This document shows, in pieces, positions 17,301 through 27,100 of a DNA stretch of 64,000 bases. This DNA comes from an uncultured virus (IMG/VR IMGVR_UViG_3300010885_015975) (lineage: Duplodnaviria > Heunggongvirae > Uroviricota > Caudoviricetes): the IMG/VR virus record IMGVR_UViG_3300010885_015975; one strand, 5' to 3'. Every line of letters begins with the position of its first letter. Within the stretch, counting starts at the first letter, position 1. The position numbers and the translations under genes were made by a program. Below the pieces are notes generated by a model, which saw nothing but the letters and a program-made list of their open reading frames with translations, was not told the DNA's origin and did not search any database.

Positions 17301-19863
17301 AGGTGCATTTATTAGTTATAATATAAATAACTTAAAGAGATCTGATGCTGTTGTAGTAAGAACTAAATCAGGTCCTTACTATAATGGGGCTTATCCAAAC
17401 GGTGTAACTATTGGTCCAAACTTAATTACAACAGGTGTAACAGATAAGTCATTAGTTACATTAGGAACAATAGTTCAAAATAGTAGTGACCCTGCTTTTA
17501 TAAGCACAAACCTACCTAATTTTGAAGAGGATTCAAAAACAAAACCTTTTAGTTTAACTATTGCTAGTCATTATGGTGGATTAAAAGGAAGAGTAAGAAA
17601 TCAATATGGACAAATAGGTAGTGAAAGTCAAATTACAATTACACCATGTGAACAGAAGTTACAAAATTATACTATAGCTGAACCAACATGGACATGTCCT
17701 ATTGATAATGTTTTTTACACTTTTAAAGTTATAGCAAGAACACCTATACTATTTGGTGGTGATACATATATAAATAGATACACTGAGAAAAACAATATGA
17801 TGTTTTTTTATGATTGGTTATATGGTCAACCAGATGGATTTGAATACAACTACTATTTGCACAGTATGATTCCTTTAACAAGATTTAAAGTGAATAGTAT
17901 AAGATATGATGTTAGTTATTTATCAGAAATATTTGATTTTAATGGTGCAGTTATACCAGGTACTGGTGCATATCCGGGTTCTTTTTATGTTCTTGATTAT
18001 TATGTAGATGCTATTAGAAAATATAACTATGCAACTGGTACTTCACAACCAGGTGGAGTATTCAGTGATAGATATATAGGTCTATGGACTGTGAATCAAG
18101 CATATTTTTATTTAGCTAATTCAGGTATTAGAGATTTCTTTGTAGAGTCTGAAGTACTTATTGACTTTAGAAAACAAAGTCCAATAGAAGGAGGTAAACA
18201 CTATGATCCGTATAGATATACAGATTACAGAGCAATGTTTAATATGAATCCTAATGTTATGGGAATGCTTAGTGAGTACATTTATGATTACTCATTAAGT
18301 GTATCCAAACTTTATAATCAGTATTTTTCTGCAGGAAGTGTACAAAGTAGATACTATGATCCAAATGTAGCTAAGTTATGTTATACTTATTATCCAGATA
18401 GAATTATTTATTCGTTGCCTCAACAAATAGAGGCAATTAAAGATAGTTGGTTTATATATTTAATAAATAATTATAAAGAATTTACAGGTCAGATCTCAGG
18501 TGTTAAATCAGTAAACAAAAGTGGTATCTTCATTACATTCAAAAATGAAAGCCCATTAATGTATCAAGGTACTGATACATTAGAAACTGATTTAGGTACT
18601 AAGCTTACTATTGGTGATGGTCTTTTGTTTAGTCAACCACAGCAGTCTGTAACTAATGCAGATAATGCATATGAATTTGGTTCTTCTCAAAATAGATTAT
18701 CAGTAATTAATACTCCTGTAGGGTTATTTTATATGTCTCAGAATCAAGGAAGAATTTTTACTTATGGTCAAGGTCTACAGGAAATTTCTCAATCTGGTTT
18801 GAAATGGTGGTTTGTATTGTACATGCCATATAAATTAACAGATGATTTTCCTGACTACCCATGGCAAGATAATCCAGTAGCCGGTATTGGTTGTCAATCT
18901 ACTTATGATAGTTCAAGCACTATCTTATACTTTAGTAAAAAAGATTATCAGTTAAAACCTATATTTAAAGGCAGAGTAGAGTATAGAGGTCTTAATCCAG
19001 ATGGTACAGGTGATGATTTTATAGTAGATGGTCAACAAAATTTAAGATTTAATTTAGGTGATCCTTATTTATTTGATGATGCTTCATGGACATTAAGCTA
19101 TGACCCTAAGAATCAATTCTTTATATCATTTCATGAATGGCATCCAGATTTATTAATTCCTACAAAAGATATTTTTATCAGTAGTAAAAAGAATACTTTA
19201 TGGAAACATAATTACATCTGTGATGGTTACTGCAATTATTATGGTACACAGTATGGATTTGAAATTGAATTTCCTGTTATAACTGGTCAATCTGTAATGA
19301 CAACTAGGTCTATTGAATATATACTAGAAGCATACAGAAGACGTGGTGATAGTTGTGTTGATCAACATCATGTACTAGATTATAACTTTGATAGAGCTGT
19401 AGTATATAATACAGAGCAAGTTTCCGGATATCTTAATCTTAACATCTATCCTAAAAATAATGTTAATCAATCTTTGCAGTATCCAAAATTAAATGCAAAC
19501 TTATCCTCTTATGATATTCTTTTCTCTAAAGAGGAGAACAAGTACAGGTTTAATCAGTTCTGGGATGTAACAAAACAAAGAGCAGAGTTTCCAATAGGAT
19601 CTAATTATCCACCAACAGGACCTGTTGTTCCAGGAACAACTGTTCTTCAAGGATCATATTCTTCACAGAATACATGGATAACTGGGCCAGATGGATTTAC
19701 TAGAGTATTAAATCCAAATAACTTGGATTATATTAAACCACAAATGCAAAGAAAGAAGTTTAGACATTATTTGAATTTTATCAATTTAAAAAAACATCAA
19801 GCTGATGATGTCAATGTAATATTTAAAATGTCTAATAGTAAAAATCAATTTTCTCCTAGGTAA
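14320..19863 (+). CDS. Tail stabilization / muzzle protein (P22 gp10-like, crAss type)
   Basis: 1847 aa; F.KGLNKD..P N-terminus, VYWADGFNPDR, YLRDEVY.F, FGGDTYINRY, WTLSYDP....FISFH.W.P motifs. Confidence 0.8.
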   Translation: MAKNQGLQDTGKITTNSFVKGLNKDSDPSFVTEGMWTHAINMVNNSIEGDIGTLSNEISNILCGTTGRTMPATVTDKYIIGAIYLYSDKWIVFTAGHGSTGKRLMSEIGLFEEDVCKYREIVQDSCLNFDKRYLISGSSRQKEDCSWQVYWADGFNPDRFLNVGDPQTWPTPDYAWLGGGASSMNYYSNGVNISFLWPGVAWTEKVAVVNNCDYVTLINTLDCPHIRLARLMKTPCLNLSIGQQGGTIANGTYFALIAYTIKGQKVTDYFSQSNFQFVYSVNDLEGSLTLDVSADYKNFDEFELVIVEATNQQTVASRIGLYSTTTTRIAIDQINPSLEKIPLEMLPIQTPVFETSDQITDVNNYLLKVGPRSKFDFNYQPLANMISARWASVEYPADYYMKGGNKTNYLRDEVYTFYIRWVYTTGDKSASYHIPGRAPRNFNVPGVGSIFETADLDVANSLATDDKVFEVYNTATQLPYPATVQNATLNASGQWVMDDGGVLLAIGEMGYWESSEIYPDNRPDIWNASEYCWTGSAAQVPPNSTVGPFDLCGQHIRQHKFPENFINNSTTTDALHFRPNSNITTSGQNYNIRLMGVVFENITLPKDQDGIDIPGIAGYEILRGSREGNKTIIAKGMVNNFRTFKPRGALAQNFTGLYANYPYNTIIPIGSTNSASNNNYLYNDPYIKNEPVNGTVVNQNIPTDIFTFHSPDTMFRTPFLSTTEFKVYGTLNGYANMAFQEPNGHPKWKLLSNAVVAAMMVGGVIETVIAMTGKRTYNMPQLAPYTEQYRGTGGVGAINLGASATGSGTFISGTSTPGSGGRIDDSVAQNTALGTIIRPAVNTYNAFVNNYYQSGQALADVFIGLAAGYENTFAANAQSALLGAVDLAGNDAGIVSLAVAGSIELPRYAYLDPISRGLGALNALAFYFAEGAELVLKTFYAFIQYQQFALQQVSHGFYGNMTSLSTTALSRFRIEDSFYIRDNVQEVPKYQTNTGAFISYNINNLKRSDAVVVRTKSGPYYNGAYPNGVTIGPNLITTGVTDKSLVTLGTIVQNSSDPAFISTNLPNFEEDSKTKPFSLTIASHYGGLKGRVRNQYGQIGSESQITITPCEQKLQNYTIAEPTWTCPIDNVFYTFKVIARTPILFGGDTYINRYTEKNNMMFFYDWLYGQPDGFEYNYYLHSMIPLTRFKVNSIRYDVSYLSEIFDFNGAVIPGTGAYPGSFYVLDYYVDAIRKYNYATGTSQPGGVFSDRYIGLWTVNQAYFYLANSGIRDFFVESEVLIDFRKQSPIEGGKHYDPYRYTDYRAMFNMNPNVMGMLSEYIYDYSLSVSKLYNQYFSAGSVQSRYYDPNVAKLCYTYYPDRIIYSLPQQIEAIKDSWFIYLINNYKEFTGQISGVKSVNKSGIFITFKNESPLMYQGTDTLETDLGTKLTIGDGLLFSQPQQSVTNADNAYEFGSSQNRLSVINTPVGLFYMSQNQGRIFTYGQGLQEISQSGLKWWFVLYMPYKLTDDFPDYPWQDNPVAGIGCQSTYDSSSTILYFSKKDYQLKPIFKGRVEYRGLNPDGTGDDFIVDGQQNLRFNLGDPYLFDDASWTLSYDPKNQFFISFHEWHPDLLIPTKDIFISSKKNTLWKHNYICDGYCNYYGTQYGFEIEFPVITGQSVMTTRSIEYILEAYRRRGDSCVDQHHVLDYNFDRAVVYNTEQVSGYLNLNIYPKNNVNQSLQYPKLNANLSSYDILFSKEENKYRFNQFWDVTKQRAEFPIGSNYPPTGPVVPGTTVLQGSYSSQNTWITGPDGFTRVLNPNNLDYIKPQMQRKKFRHYLNFINLKKHQADDVNVIFKMSNSKNQFSPR

Positions 19864-22800
19864 TGTATAATAAAAAAGTTCTTATAGATTCACTCAAAAA
19901 TCTTGGCAGTGCTAAAGCACCTGCTAAAAAACAAGATGTGTTGGTAGACCCTAGTGGAAATCCTTTGATGAGTAAAGGTGGTTTAAATGAGAAACCTTAC
20001 AAAAAAGTTAGTATACAAAAATCTAATATACAAGGTAAAGGTTTGTTTGCTGATGAACCAATCAGAGCTGGTGAGATAATTGGTCTTTCACATATTAAAT
20101 CATCTTTCCAAAAAGATGGTGAGACTTATTTAAAAAGTAAAGAGACTCCTGTAATAGGGAAATATTACAATCATTCTGATGATGCATACAATGCTGGTTC
20201 TATAATTCAAGGTAACAAAAGATATTTAAGAGCTCTTAAGAACATTCAACCGGGAGAAGAAATAGCAGGTAACTATTACGAAGATAACGACCCTACTTTA
20301 GAAACTCCAGATGATTTTAAAAAAGGTGGTTCTTTACCAAAGATGCCTAGAAAGAAAAACTCTAGAGGATACTCTAGAAGTTTAGAGGCTACAAATAAGT
20401 TCTTTACTGAAAATTCATTCTTTGCTAAACCTACGTCTAGAAAGAATAAAGTGTATGATCCTAATGCTAAGTACTATGAAGAGGGTGGTGCTTTACTTAC
20501 TAAAGAAGTAACATGTAAAAAGTGTAGTTGGGAATGGGATGCTGCAGATGGTGGTAAGGATATTACTACATGTCATAAATGTGGTGGTCAAGGATTAGTA
20601 CATGCACAAGATGGTGGAGAATCAGAATGTCCAGAAGGATACGTTATTTATAATGGTCAATGTGTAGAATGGCAAGAACCAGAAGTAATTGAAACTGATG
20701 AGAATACAGGATATAATGCAGCAACAGGTGAAATAAGTCAAGATACAAGACCTGGATCAATAGAAAATAATGGTTGGTGGACAGAACATGAAAAGTATCA
20801 CCATTTGCAAAACTTAGGAGGTGGTGCAAGTACTGCTGGTTTTTTAGGTCAAAGACCTAATAATACTGTAGCATCAGATCAAGCAATAGGTAATTACTAT
20901 GACAGAAGAAATACTGAATTAGAAGCCCAAACAGATGCAATGATCAAAGCTAATCCTAATTTACAATTTATACCAAGAAATAAATTACAAGAATTTACAG
21001 AAGGTTTTCCAGGTGCAAATGCTTTAATGTATCAAGATCCAACTACAGAAGAAGGAGAAGCAAGAGTTCGTGAAGAACAATTTGAAAAAGATGGTAAATC
21101 TATGTTTCCTAAAAAACAAGATGGTGGAGATTACATCGAAGCAGATCTTACACCAGAAGAAATTCAAGAATATGCTAAAGGTGGTTTTATTATAGAAGAT
21201 ATATCTGTTCCAGAACTGACTAAAGCTAGAGAAGGTTTACCAGTTCTTTTAAAAAGTTTAATATCTGTTGGTAAAACAGCAAGAAGACCTGCTTCTAGAA
21301 CTCTTATAACACCGCTTACTCAGCGTGGTGTTACTACTTATCTGCCACCTAATGAAAATAGTGTAGTAGATTTAAGAAATATACCAATTGATTTGGATGT
21401 AAAACAATTAAAATTTCCTTTGACAATAGCTGGTGATAGTGGTTACTTTTCAGTTTATCCTAATAATAAAGTAGAAGATAATATTTTTCATTTTGCAACT
21501 AAAATGACTAATCCTATGGAAGCAGGTAGAGCAATGAAATTAATTAATGATTCTTTTCCTCAAGCTTTTCCTTCTATATTAGAACCACATAGTTTAAGTT
21601 TAGATTCTTATAATCTATTGTTAAACATGGCAAAAAGAAAAGACTGGGATATGAATTTTGAAAATCATATTCCTTTAAATTTTGTATCTGAAAAGAGTAA
21701 GTTATTTGATGGTATAGAAGGTGTGCCAACAGGTTTTCGTACAGGAAGAGTCTTTAATCCAAAGATGTCTGCAGAAATGATTGACAGAATAAATGCAGAT
21801 TTGCTGGGTAGAGGTTTAATGGAAAAAGCATATTTTGAAAATGTTACTGGAGGAGATTGGGGAGAAATAAGAATACCAAATTATAAACTTACTAGAAAAT
21901 ATAATCTAGGTGGTATTGCAAAAGTTGCTTCTAAATTAACTCCTGGTAATGCATTAAGAGCTTTTTTATACAAAGGAGTTAATCCTGCTAATTATCGCAT
22001 AATAGAAAAATTTACAGGAATGCCGTCTGAGTTATATAAGAATACTTTTAGTAATGATAATAGAGCTTTTAGAACAGGTATGTCTTTAAAATATGGGGCA
22101 CCTGAATATCTATCTAAATTACTTAATAACTTAGATGTATCAAAATCACAGTGGGATAAATTTTCTGAAGCTGATAAAATAATGGCTATCAAAGATTATG
22201 ATCCAGAAATTATGATGCAACTTGAGGATATAGGTAAAAGAAGATTAGATGCATGGGCAGTTGGATTAAAGCTACCACAAGAATATAATACTCTTGAACA
22301 AATAGGTGATAACACTTACAAGATGTTAGGTCTTCAACATACTCCTCAATTTTTTGCTGAGAGAAAAAATGATATAATAGCTAATAGTTTTAAAGGTCAA
22401 GCATGGGATGGTAAAAGAGACATGTTAGTTGGATTAACAAAAGACTTTTATGATTTAAATCCACACCCTTTGCAAAAAATTAACTCTGGAGATAATCGTT
22501 GGGCTGATTTAAGAAGAAGTCAGATTGATGAATTCTTGGGTCAACCTGTTTATCATCATCCATGGATTCAAACATATAAAGTTGCAAAAAGTCCTGATCC
22601 AGAATTTACAGATGCTATATATGATAATGATTCATATGGTGTAAGAGGTGGTTATAGATGGGATGTCCGTGATACTCCAGAAGGTATGCAATGGAAAGCT
22701 TATGATAAATGGGATTTAAATCCTTTTGAAAAAAGAGGTTCTGCATTTATAAAACCTAGTTCACTTGCAAAAAAATATTTAAGTTCTACTTATTTTAAAC

Positions 22801-23003
22801 CATTACAAAATGTAGAAGCATTAAGTTTAGTAGGTGGTAAACCATTTAATATTGAAAATAATTTTTTAGTTGATCCTAAAACTTTTAAAACAGTTAAACA
22901 ATGGGAAGACGGAGGTTCTATTGATTATACACTTGGAGATGAGATAGATGAAGCTACTATGAAGAAGTTAGAAAAATTAGGTTATACGTTTGAAAAAATA
23001 TAG
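19863..23003 (+). CDS. Modular cargo protein: SET domain, Zn ribbon, zincin (HEKYH) and unknown modules
   Basis: GKGLFA / YYNHS / GEEI..NY (SET); CKKC...CHKC; HEKYH...EEGEAR; modules separated by xxxGG motifs. Confidence 0.75.
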   Translation: MYNKKVLIDSLKNLGSAKAPAKKQDVLVDPSGNPLMSKGGLNEKPYKKVSIQKSNIQGKGLFADEPIRAGEIIGLSHIKSSFQKDGETYLKSKETPVIGKYYNHSDDAYNAGSIIQGNKRYLRALKNIQPGEEIAGNYYEDNDPTLETPDDFKKGGSLPKMPRKKNSRGYSRSLEATNKFFTENSFFAKPTSRKNKVYDPNAKYYEEGGALLTKEVTCKKCSWEWDAADGGKDITTCHKCGGQGLVHAQDGGESECPEGYVIYNGQCVEWQEPEVIETDENTGYNAATGEISQDTRPGSIENNGWWTEHEKYHHLQNLGGGASTAGFLGQRPNNTVASDQAIGNYYDRRNTELEAQTDAMIKANPNLQFIPRNKLQEFTEGFPGANALMYQDPTTEEGEARVREEQFEKDGKSMFPKKQDGGDYIEADLTPEEIQEYAKGGFIIEDISVPELTKAREGLPVLLKSLISVGKTARRPASRTLITPLTQRGVTTYLPPNENSVVDLRNIPIDLDVKQLKFPLTIAGDSGYFSVYPNNKVEDNIFHFATKMTNPMEAGRAMKLINDSFPQAFPSILEPHSLSLDSYNLLLNMAKRKDWDMNFENHIPLNFVSEKSKLFDGIEGVPTGFRTGRVFNPKMSAEMIDRINADLLGRGLMEKAYFENVTGGDWGEIRIPNYKLTRKYNLGGIAKVASKLTPGNALRAFLYKGVNPANYRIIEKFTGMPSELYKNTFSNDNRAFRTGMSLKYGAPEYLSKLLNNLDVSKSQWDKFSEADKIMAIKDYDPEIMMQLEDIGKRRLDAWAVGLKLPQEYNTLEQIGDNTYKMLGLQHTPQFFAERKNDIIANSFKGQAWDGKRDMLVGLTKDFYDLNPHPLQKINSGDNRWADLRRSQIDEFLGQPVYHHPWIQTYKVAKSPDPEFTDAIYDNDSYGVRGGYRWDVRDTPEGMQWKAYDKWDLNPFEKRGSAFIKPSSLAKKYLSSTYFKPLQNVEALSLVGGKPFNIENNFLVDPKTFKTVKQWEDGGSIDYTLGDEIDEATMKKLEKLGYTFEKI

Positions 23004-23005
23004 TA

Positions 23006-26000
23006 ATGGCAAAGTACAGAATAACAAGTATTCCACAAGCTAAAAAAGGTAAGATTGTTGAATCAGACAATACTCCTATGGTAGAAGTACAAGGTGTACA
23101 ACAACCATCATATTGGAATGAATCATTGCCAGGTTATATGAAGGGTCAAGGATGTCCTCCAGGTAAATATGATTTTAATGGAGAATGTTTAACTGAATCA
23201 GAATATATTGCTGCTTCTAATGCAGAACAAGAAGCCTGGAAAGTTAAACTGGATGCTAGAAAAATAGCTTTAGTTAAAGACATAAATGATATACGTAGTA
23301 AAACAAATGATGAACGTGCTCAATGGCAAGCTGATCATACTAATAGATATCTTGAAACATTTGCTAAATCTAAGAAACAAGATAAAATAGAGCCTTATAA
23401 AAAATTTCCTGAATCTGAAGTTACACCAGAACTAGAAGCTGAATTAAAAAATAATTTTCTTGTTCATAAGAAAGATGGATTTGTAGAAGTGTATCCTTTA
23501 AACTTAGTTCAAGATAGGATTATTAAAAATGGTTTTCAAGCAGATCAATTTAAAAACTACTGGGGATTAGATCCTGAACAAGTAAAAGAACAACTTGGGG
23601 ATTTAATGGCAGCAGCTAAAGCTAACTATGAAGCAGAGGTAACTCAGAACATACTTACAAAAGCTATTCAGCAAGGTAAACCTGTAGATCAAGTTATTAA
23701 AGGACTCTCTCCTAAATTAGGGGAACAATCTAATTTAAAAGCCACATTTGAAAAACCTACAAATAAAATAATAGATGATGCTTTTTCTGAACTTTATAAT
23801 AATATAGATTCTATACCTGGTTCAGATGCATCTAAAGTTGAGCAGGATCGTAAAATTTTCTTAGAATCAAGTGATCCAATGGATGCTTGGGAAAGAAAAT
23901 ATCACAGTGGTCCAAATAATTTAGGAGACTTTCTTACTTATCAATCTAAAAAAATTGATAGAGGTAATAAAGCTTATTCAGATTGGATGGATAAGTATGG
24001 AAAATCAGGTCAGTATGATGGACTTACTTTTGCAAAAGATGATGCTATGGCTAATGTTAGAAATACTAACATGTTAAGGAATCAAAATCTTAATCAAAAG
24101 AATGCATCAGCTGCTGCAAACACTGCTAAAGCTGAAGACTTTAACAATGCTTTTGGAGAATATGCTTCTAATTTAGGAATGGATACAACAAAACAAGTTC
24201 TTAAACAAGCATTAGATGCAGCTGGTTCTAATTCTAAAGCTAAACTAGAAATATTAAAATCATTTCAAGAGAATCCTAATGATGCAATGCAAAAATTATT
24301 AGGACAAAAAACTGGTAATAAAAAGCAAACATATAATGACGTATTAAATGAGAGGGTAAATACTTTATTTACACTTAATCAGAATCGTGATACAATGAAG
24401 CAAGGAACTGGTATTAATGAAAATACTACAGGTTCTAAAATAAAAGATGTACTAACTAATCCTTTTGATGCAGCATATTTTGCAATGAATCCTCGTGAAG
24501 AAATGTGGGGAAATAGTAATTTATCTTATGATACAAGAAAAGATATTCAAAATGAAACTGGTGTTGATATGGGGCTTATGCCAAATGATAATCCTCTTTC
24601 TATAGTTAGAGATTATACTATGCTTCAGGCTGCAAATCCTTTTAAGATTGGAAGTAATTTAAGAAAGGGTTATGATAAAGGAGAATTTTTAAGTGCTGCA
24701 GGAGATGAATTAATTGACATAGGTACAAAAAGAGGTATCATGAAAGGCACAAATGCATTACTTTCAGGACAAGGATTCAAACAAGGATTACAAGCATTTA
24801 ATAGTCCTTTTTTTAATGCTGGATTTATGGCAAAGTTACCAGAAAATATATCTGGTGCATATGATAATTTCCAACAAGGTAACTATGGAAGTGCTGCTTT
24901 AGATGCACTTGAAGGTTACTGGGGAGCAGCTCCTCTTATAAGGGGTATAAAACCTGCCGTAGGTACATTACAAACATTAAACTCATTACGTACTCCTGGT
25001 ACTGTAGCAGTTAATAGTTTACCTTCTAGATTTACAGGTATGTACAATGCAGCTACTCCAGGTTCAGGTCTTGTTCTTGGTAATCCAAATATTACTGGAG
25101 CAAAGCCTATATATGAATCTATAACTAATCCTTTAAACAAAGCAAGTAAAAGATTAGGTTTAGGAGAATTTTCTGTATTAGAGCAAAATCCAAAAGGTTA
25201 TCTTGGAACAGGTAATTACCCATTACTTGGTTATTCAGATGGTGGTTTAGTTAAAGGTAGAACCGGTTTAATTGTTAAAGGATTACAAGCTTTAGGTAAA
25301 AACCCTTTAAATGCTATTCCTTTTTTTAATAATACATATAAAATTAATCCTTGGGCAGAAAAATTAAATAATTTAAATAAATCCTATAGAGTAGCAGGAA
25401 TGGATGCTTATAAAGATTTTATTAATACAGGAATATTAAGAAGTAATAATACAGCACCTGCACAATTAGTTAAAGGTACAAATTTTATGTTACCTCCAAG
25501 ACCTACATCATTTCCATCATTTCAAAAAGGATATGCTGATATGTCATATGCAAAACCAGAAGGATCTGTTGTTTTTGAAACAGCATTGCCTACATTTAAA
25601 AGAGGTGAAATAAATCCAGTAACAGGATTTCCTATTAAAGGAAGACATTATGCACATAGAGTTATAGATCCTGAAACTGGTAATGCATTACGTGAAATTC
25701 CTGCATCTGACATAAGAGTATTTGGAGATAAACCACATTGGTTAAAAGGATATCAAGAAGTTCCTAAACAATATATTAGTGGTGGAACAACTAATAATTA
25801 TGTAGAATTAGATTTAACTTCAGAAGAAAGAAAAGATGGTGGTCTTGTAAAAGCTAACTTAGGAAGAATAGTTAAAACAGGAAGTGATCTCAGTAAGTTA
25901 TTAAAATCAACTCCTGAATTTAGAAGTACACTATCTGGTTTAGATGACTTAGGAAATCTTCCTAGTCATATACCAAATATGAGAAACGTTTCAAAACCTT

Positions 26001-27043
26001 TGATGAATAGCGTTCAACAATCTATACATAAGTTACCACTTATGGATTCTCATACTATTGATTTAACACATTCACCTACTGACTTAGGGGGTACTTCTTT
26101 AATAAAATTTGGTGATGAACCTCATCCTGGTGATGAATGGTACAATATTGATCCTGCAGATTATCAAGGTTTGGATTGGAAAAAAGAAGGTTTAAAAAAT
26201 GCTAATGATTCTCTTAATAAATACATGTCAGGTCTTCCTCAATATGGAAAAGATTTATTTAATGGAGTAGGTGATTTTGATTTTAAAGATTTCTCAGATG
26301 GTTGGGCAGCACGTCAAGCTATGATGAACATGGGTACAGATCCTCAATGGGTACCAGGTAAAAATGACTTCTATACAGAAAATGAATTAACGGATCTTGT
26401 AAATCAACAAAGTGATTGGCAAGCAGCAAGAAATGCATTTGATGATATAGAACCTGAAAATCCAGCTATGGCTATGTTTAATGCATTTAGTGGTGATAAC
26501 AGTAGAGAAGAATTATTTTCTACCTTATTTCCTAATGCATCTATGCCAAATTTTAGAAGTAAGTTTACAACACCAAGTCAAGAAGCTTTGTTACAACAAC
26601 ATTTACCTTGGCAAGATTCAGTAAGAAATCAAGGAATGTTAAACCCTAATAGTTTAAAAAATGTAAATGGAATAGGAGATACATTACCACGTACTTATCA
26701 GGATTTGTTAAAAGCACAAAAAGATAATTATTTAACTACAGCTCCTGCTAAAGATGTTGTTATGGAAATGAGAGGTGGTCTTGGTTTAAAAATGGAAGAT
26801 ATACAAAATGCTACACCAGAACAACTTGAAAAATGGAGAAAACAAATTGTTAAGAAAATGAATACACAGGCCCGTGATAGATGGGATAAAGAGACAGCAA
26901 ACCCATTTACAGGAGGTAATGCCTTTAAACAAATTAGTGATGTACCTGGTTGGAAAAATAAAAAAGGTGGGGTTGTAACTAGTCTATCTAGAAAAGAAAT
27001 TGATCAGTATATTAAAGATGGTTATATCATTGAAGATGAGTAA
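23006..27043 (+). CDS. Modular cargo protein with a putative ADP-ribosyltransferase-like module
   Basis: 1345 aa; helical N-terminal half; module YRVAG..AYKDF..TG..R / PSF / VFE / HWLKGY bounded by GG motifs. Confidence 0.6.
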   Translation: MAKYRITSIPQAKKGKIVESDNTPMVEVQGVQQPSYWNESLPGYMKGQGCPPGKYDFNGECLTESEYIAASNAEQEAWKVKLDARKIALVKDINDIRSKTNDERAQWQADHTNRYLETFAKSKKQDKIEPYKKFPESEVTPELEAELKNNFLVHKKDGFVEVYPLNLVQDRIIKNGFQADQFKNYWGLDPEQVKEQLGDLMAAAKANYEAEVTQNILTKAIQQGKPVDQVIKGLSPKLGEQSNLKATFEKPTNKIIDDAFSELYNNIDSIPGSDASKVEQDRKIFLESSDPMDAWERKYHSGPNNLGDFLTYQSKKIDRGNKAYSDWMDKYGKSGQYDGLTFAKDDAMANVRNTNMLRNQNLNQKNASAAANTAKAEDFNNAFGEYASNLGMDTTKQVLKQALDAAGSNSKAKLEILKSFQENPNDAMQKLLGQKTGNKKQTYNDVLNERVNTLFTLNQNRDTMKQGTGINENTTGSKIKDVLTNPFDAAYFAMNPREEMWGNSNLSYDTRKDIQNETGVDMGLMPNDNPLSIVRDYTMLQAANPFKIGSNLRKGYDKGEFLSAAGDELIDIGTKRGIMKGTNALLSGQGFKQGLQAFNSPFFNAGFMAKLPENISGAYDNFQQGNYGSAALDALEGYWGAAPLIRGIKPAVGTLQTLNSLRTPGTVAVNSLPSRFTGMYNAATPGSGLVLGNPNITGAKPIYESITNPLNKASKRLGLGEFSVLEQNPKGYLGTGNYPLLGYSDGGLVKGRTGLIVKGLQALGKNPLNAIPFFNNTYKINPWAEKLNNLNKSYRVAGMDAYKDFINTGILRSNNTAPAQLVKGTNFMLPPRPTSFPSFQKGYADMSYAKPEGSVVFETALPTFKRGEINPVTGFPIKGRHYAHRVIDPETGNALREIPASDIRVFGDKPHWLKGYQEVPKQYISGGTTNNYVELDLTSEERKDGGLVKANLGRIVKTGSDLSKLLKSTPEFRSTLSGLDDLGNLPSHIPNMRNVSKPLMNSVQQSIHKLPLMDSHTIDLTHSPTDLGGTSLIKFGDEPHPGDEWYNIDPADYQGLDWKKEGLKNANDSLNKYMSGLPQYGKDLFNGVGDFDFKDFSDGWAARQAMMNMGTDPQWVPGKNDFYTENELTDLVNQQSDWQAARNAFDDIEPENPAMAMFNAFSGDNSREELFSTLFPNASMPNFRSKFTTPSQEALLQQHLPWQDSVRNQGMLNPNSLKNVNGIGDTLPRTYQDLLKAQKDNYLTTAPAKDVVMEMRGGLGLKMEDIQNATPEQLEKWRKQIVKKMNTQARDRWDKETANPFTGGNAFKQISDVPGWKNKKGGVVTSLSRKEIDQYIKDGYIIEDE

Positions 27044-27086
27044 ACTTTTAAAGTGTATTCATTAAATTAAAATTTAGTATATTTAT
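27041..27086 (+). promoter_or_regulatory. 17-bp imperfect palindrome plus late motif
   Basis: TAAACTTTTAAAGTGTA, with TTTAGTATATTTA starting 32 nt after the palindrome start; same layout at 34771. Confidence 0.55.
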
Positions 27087-27100
27087 ATATATAACACGTT

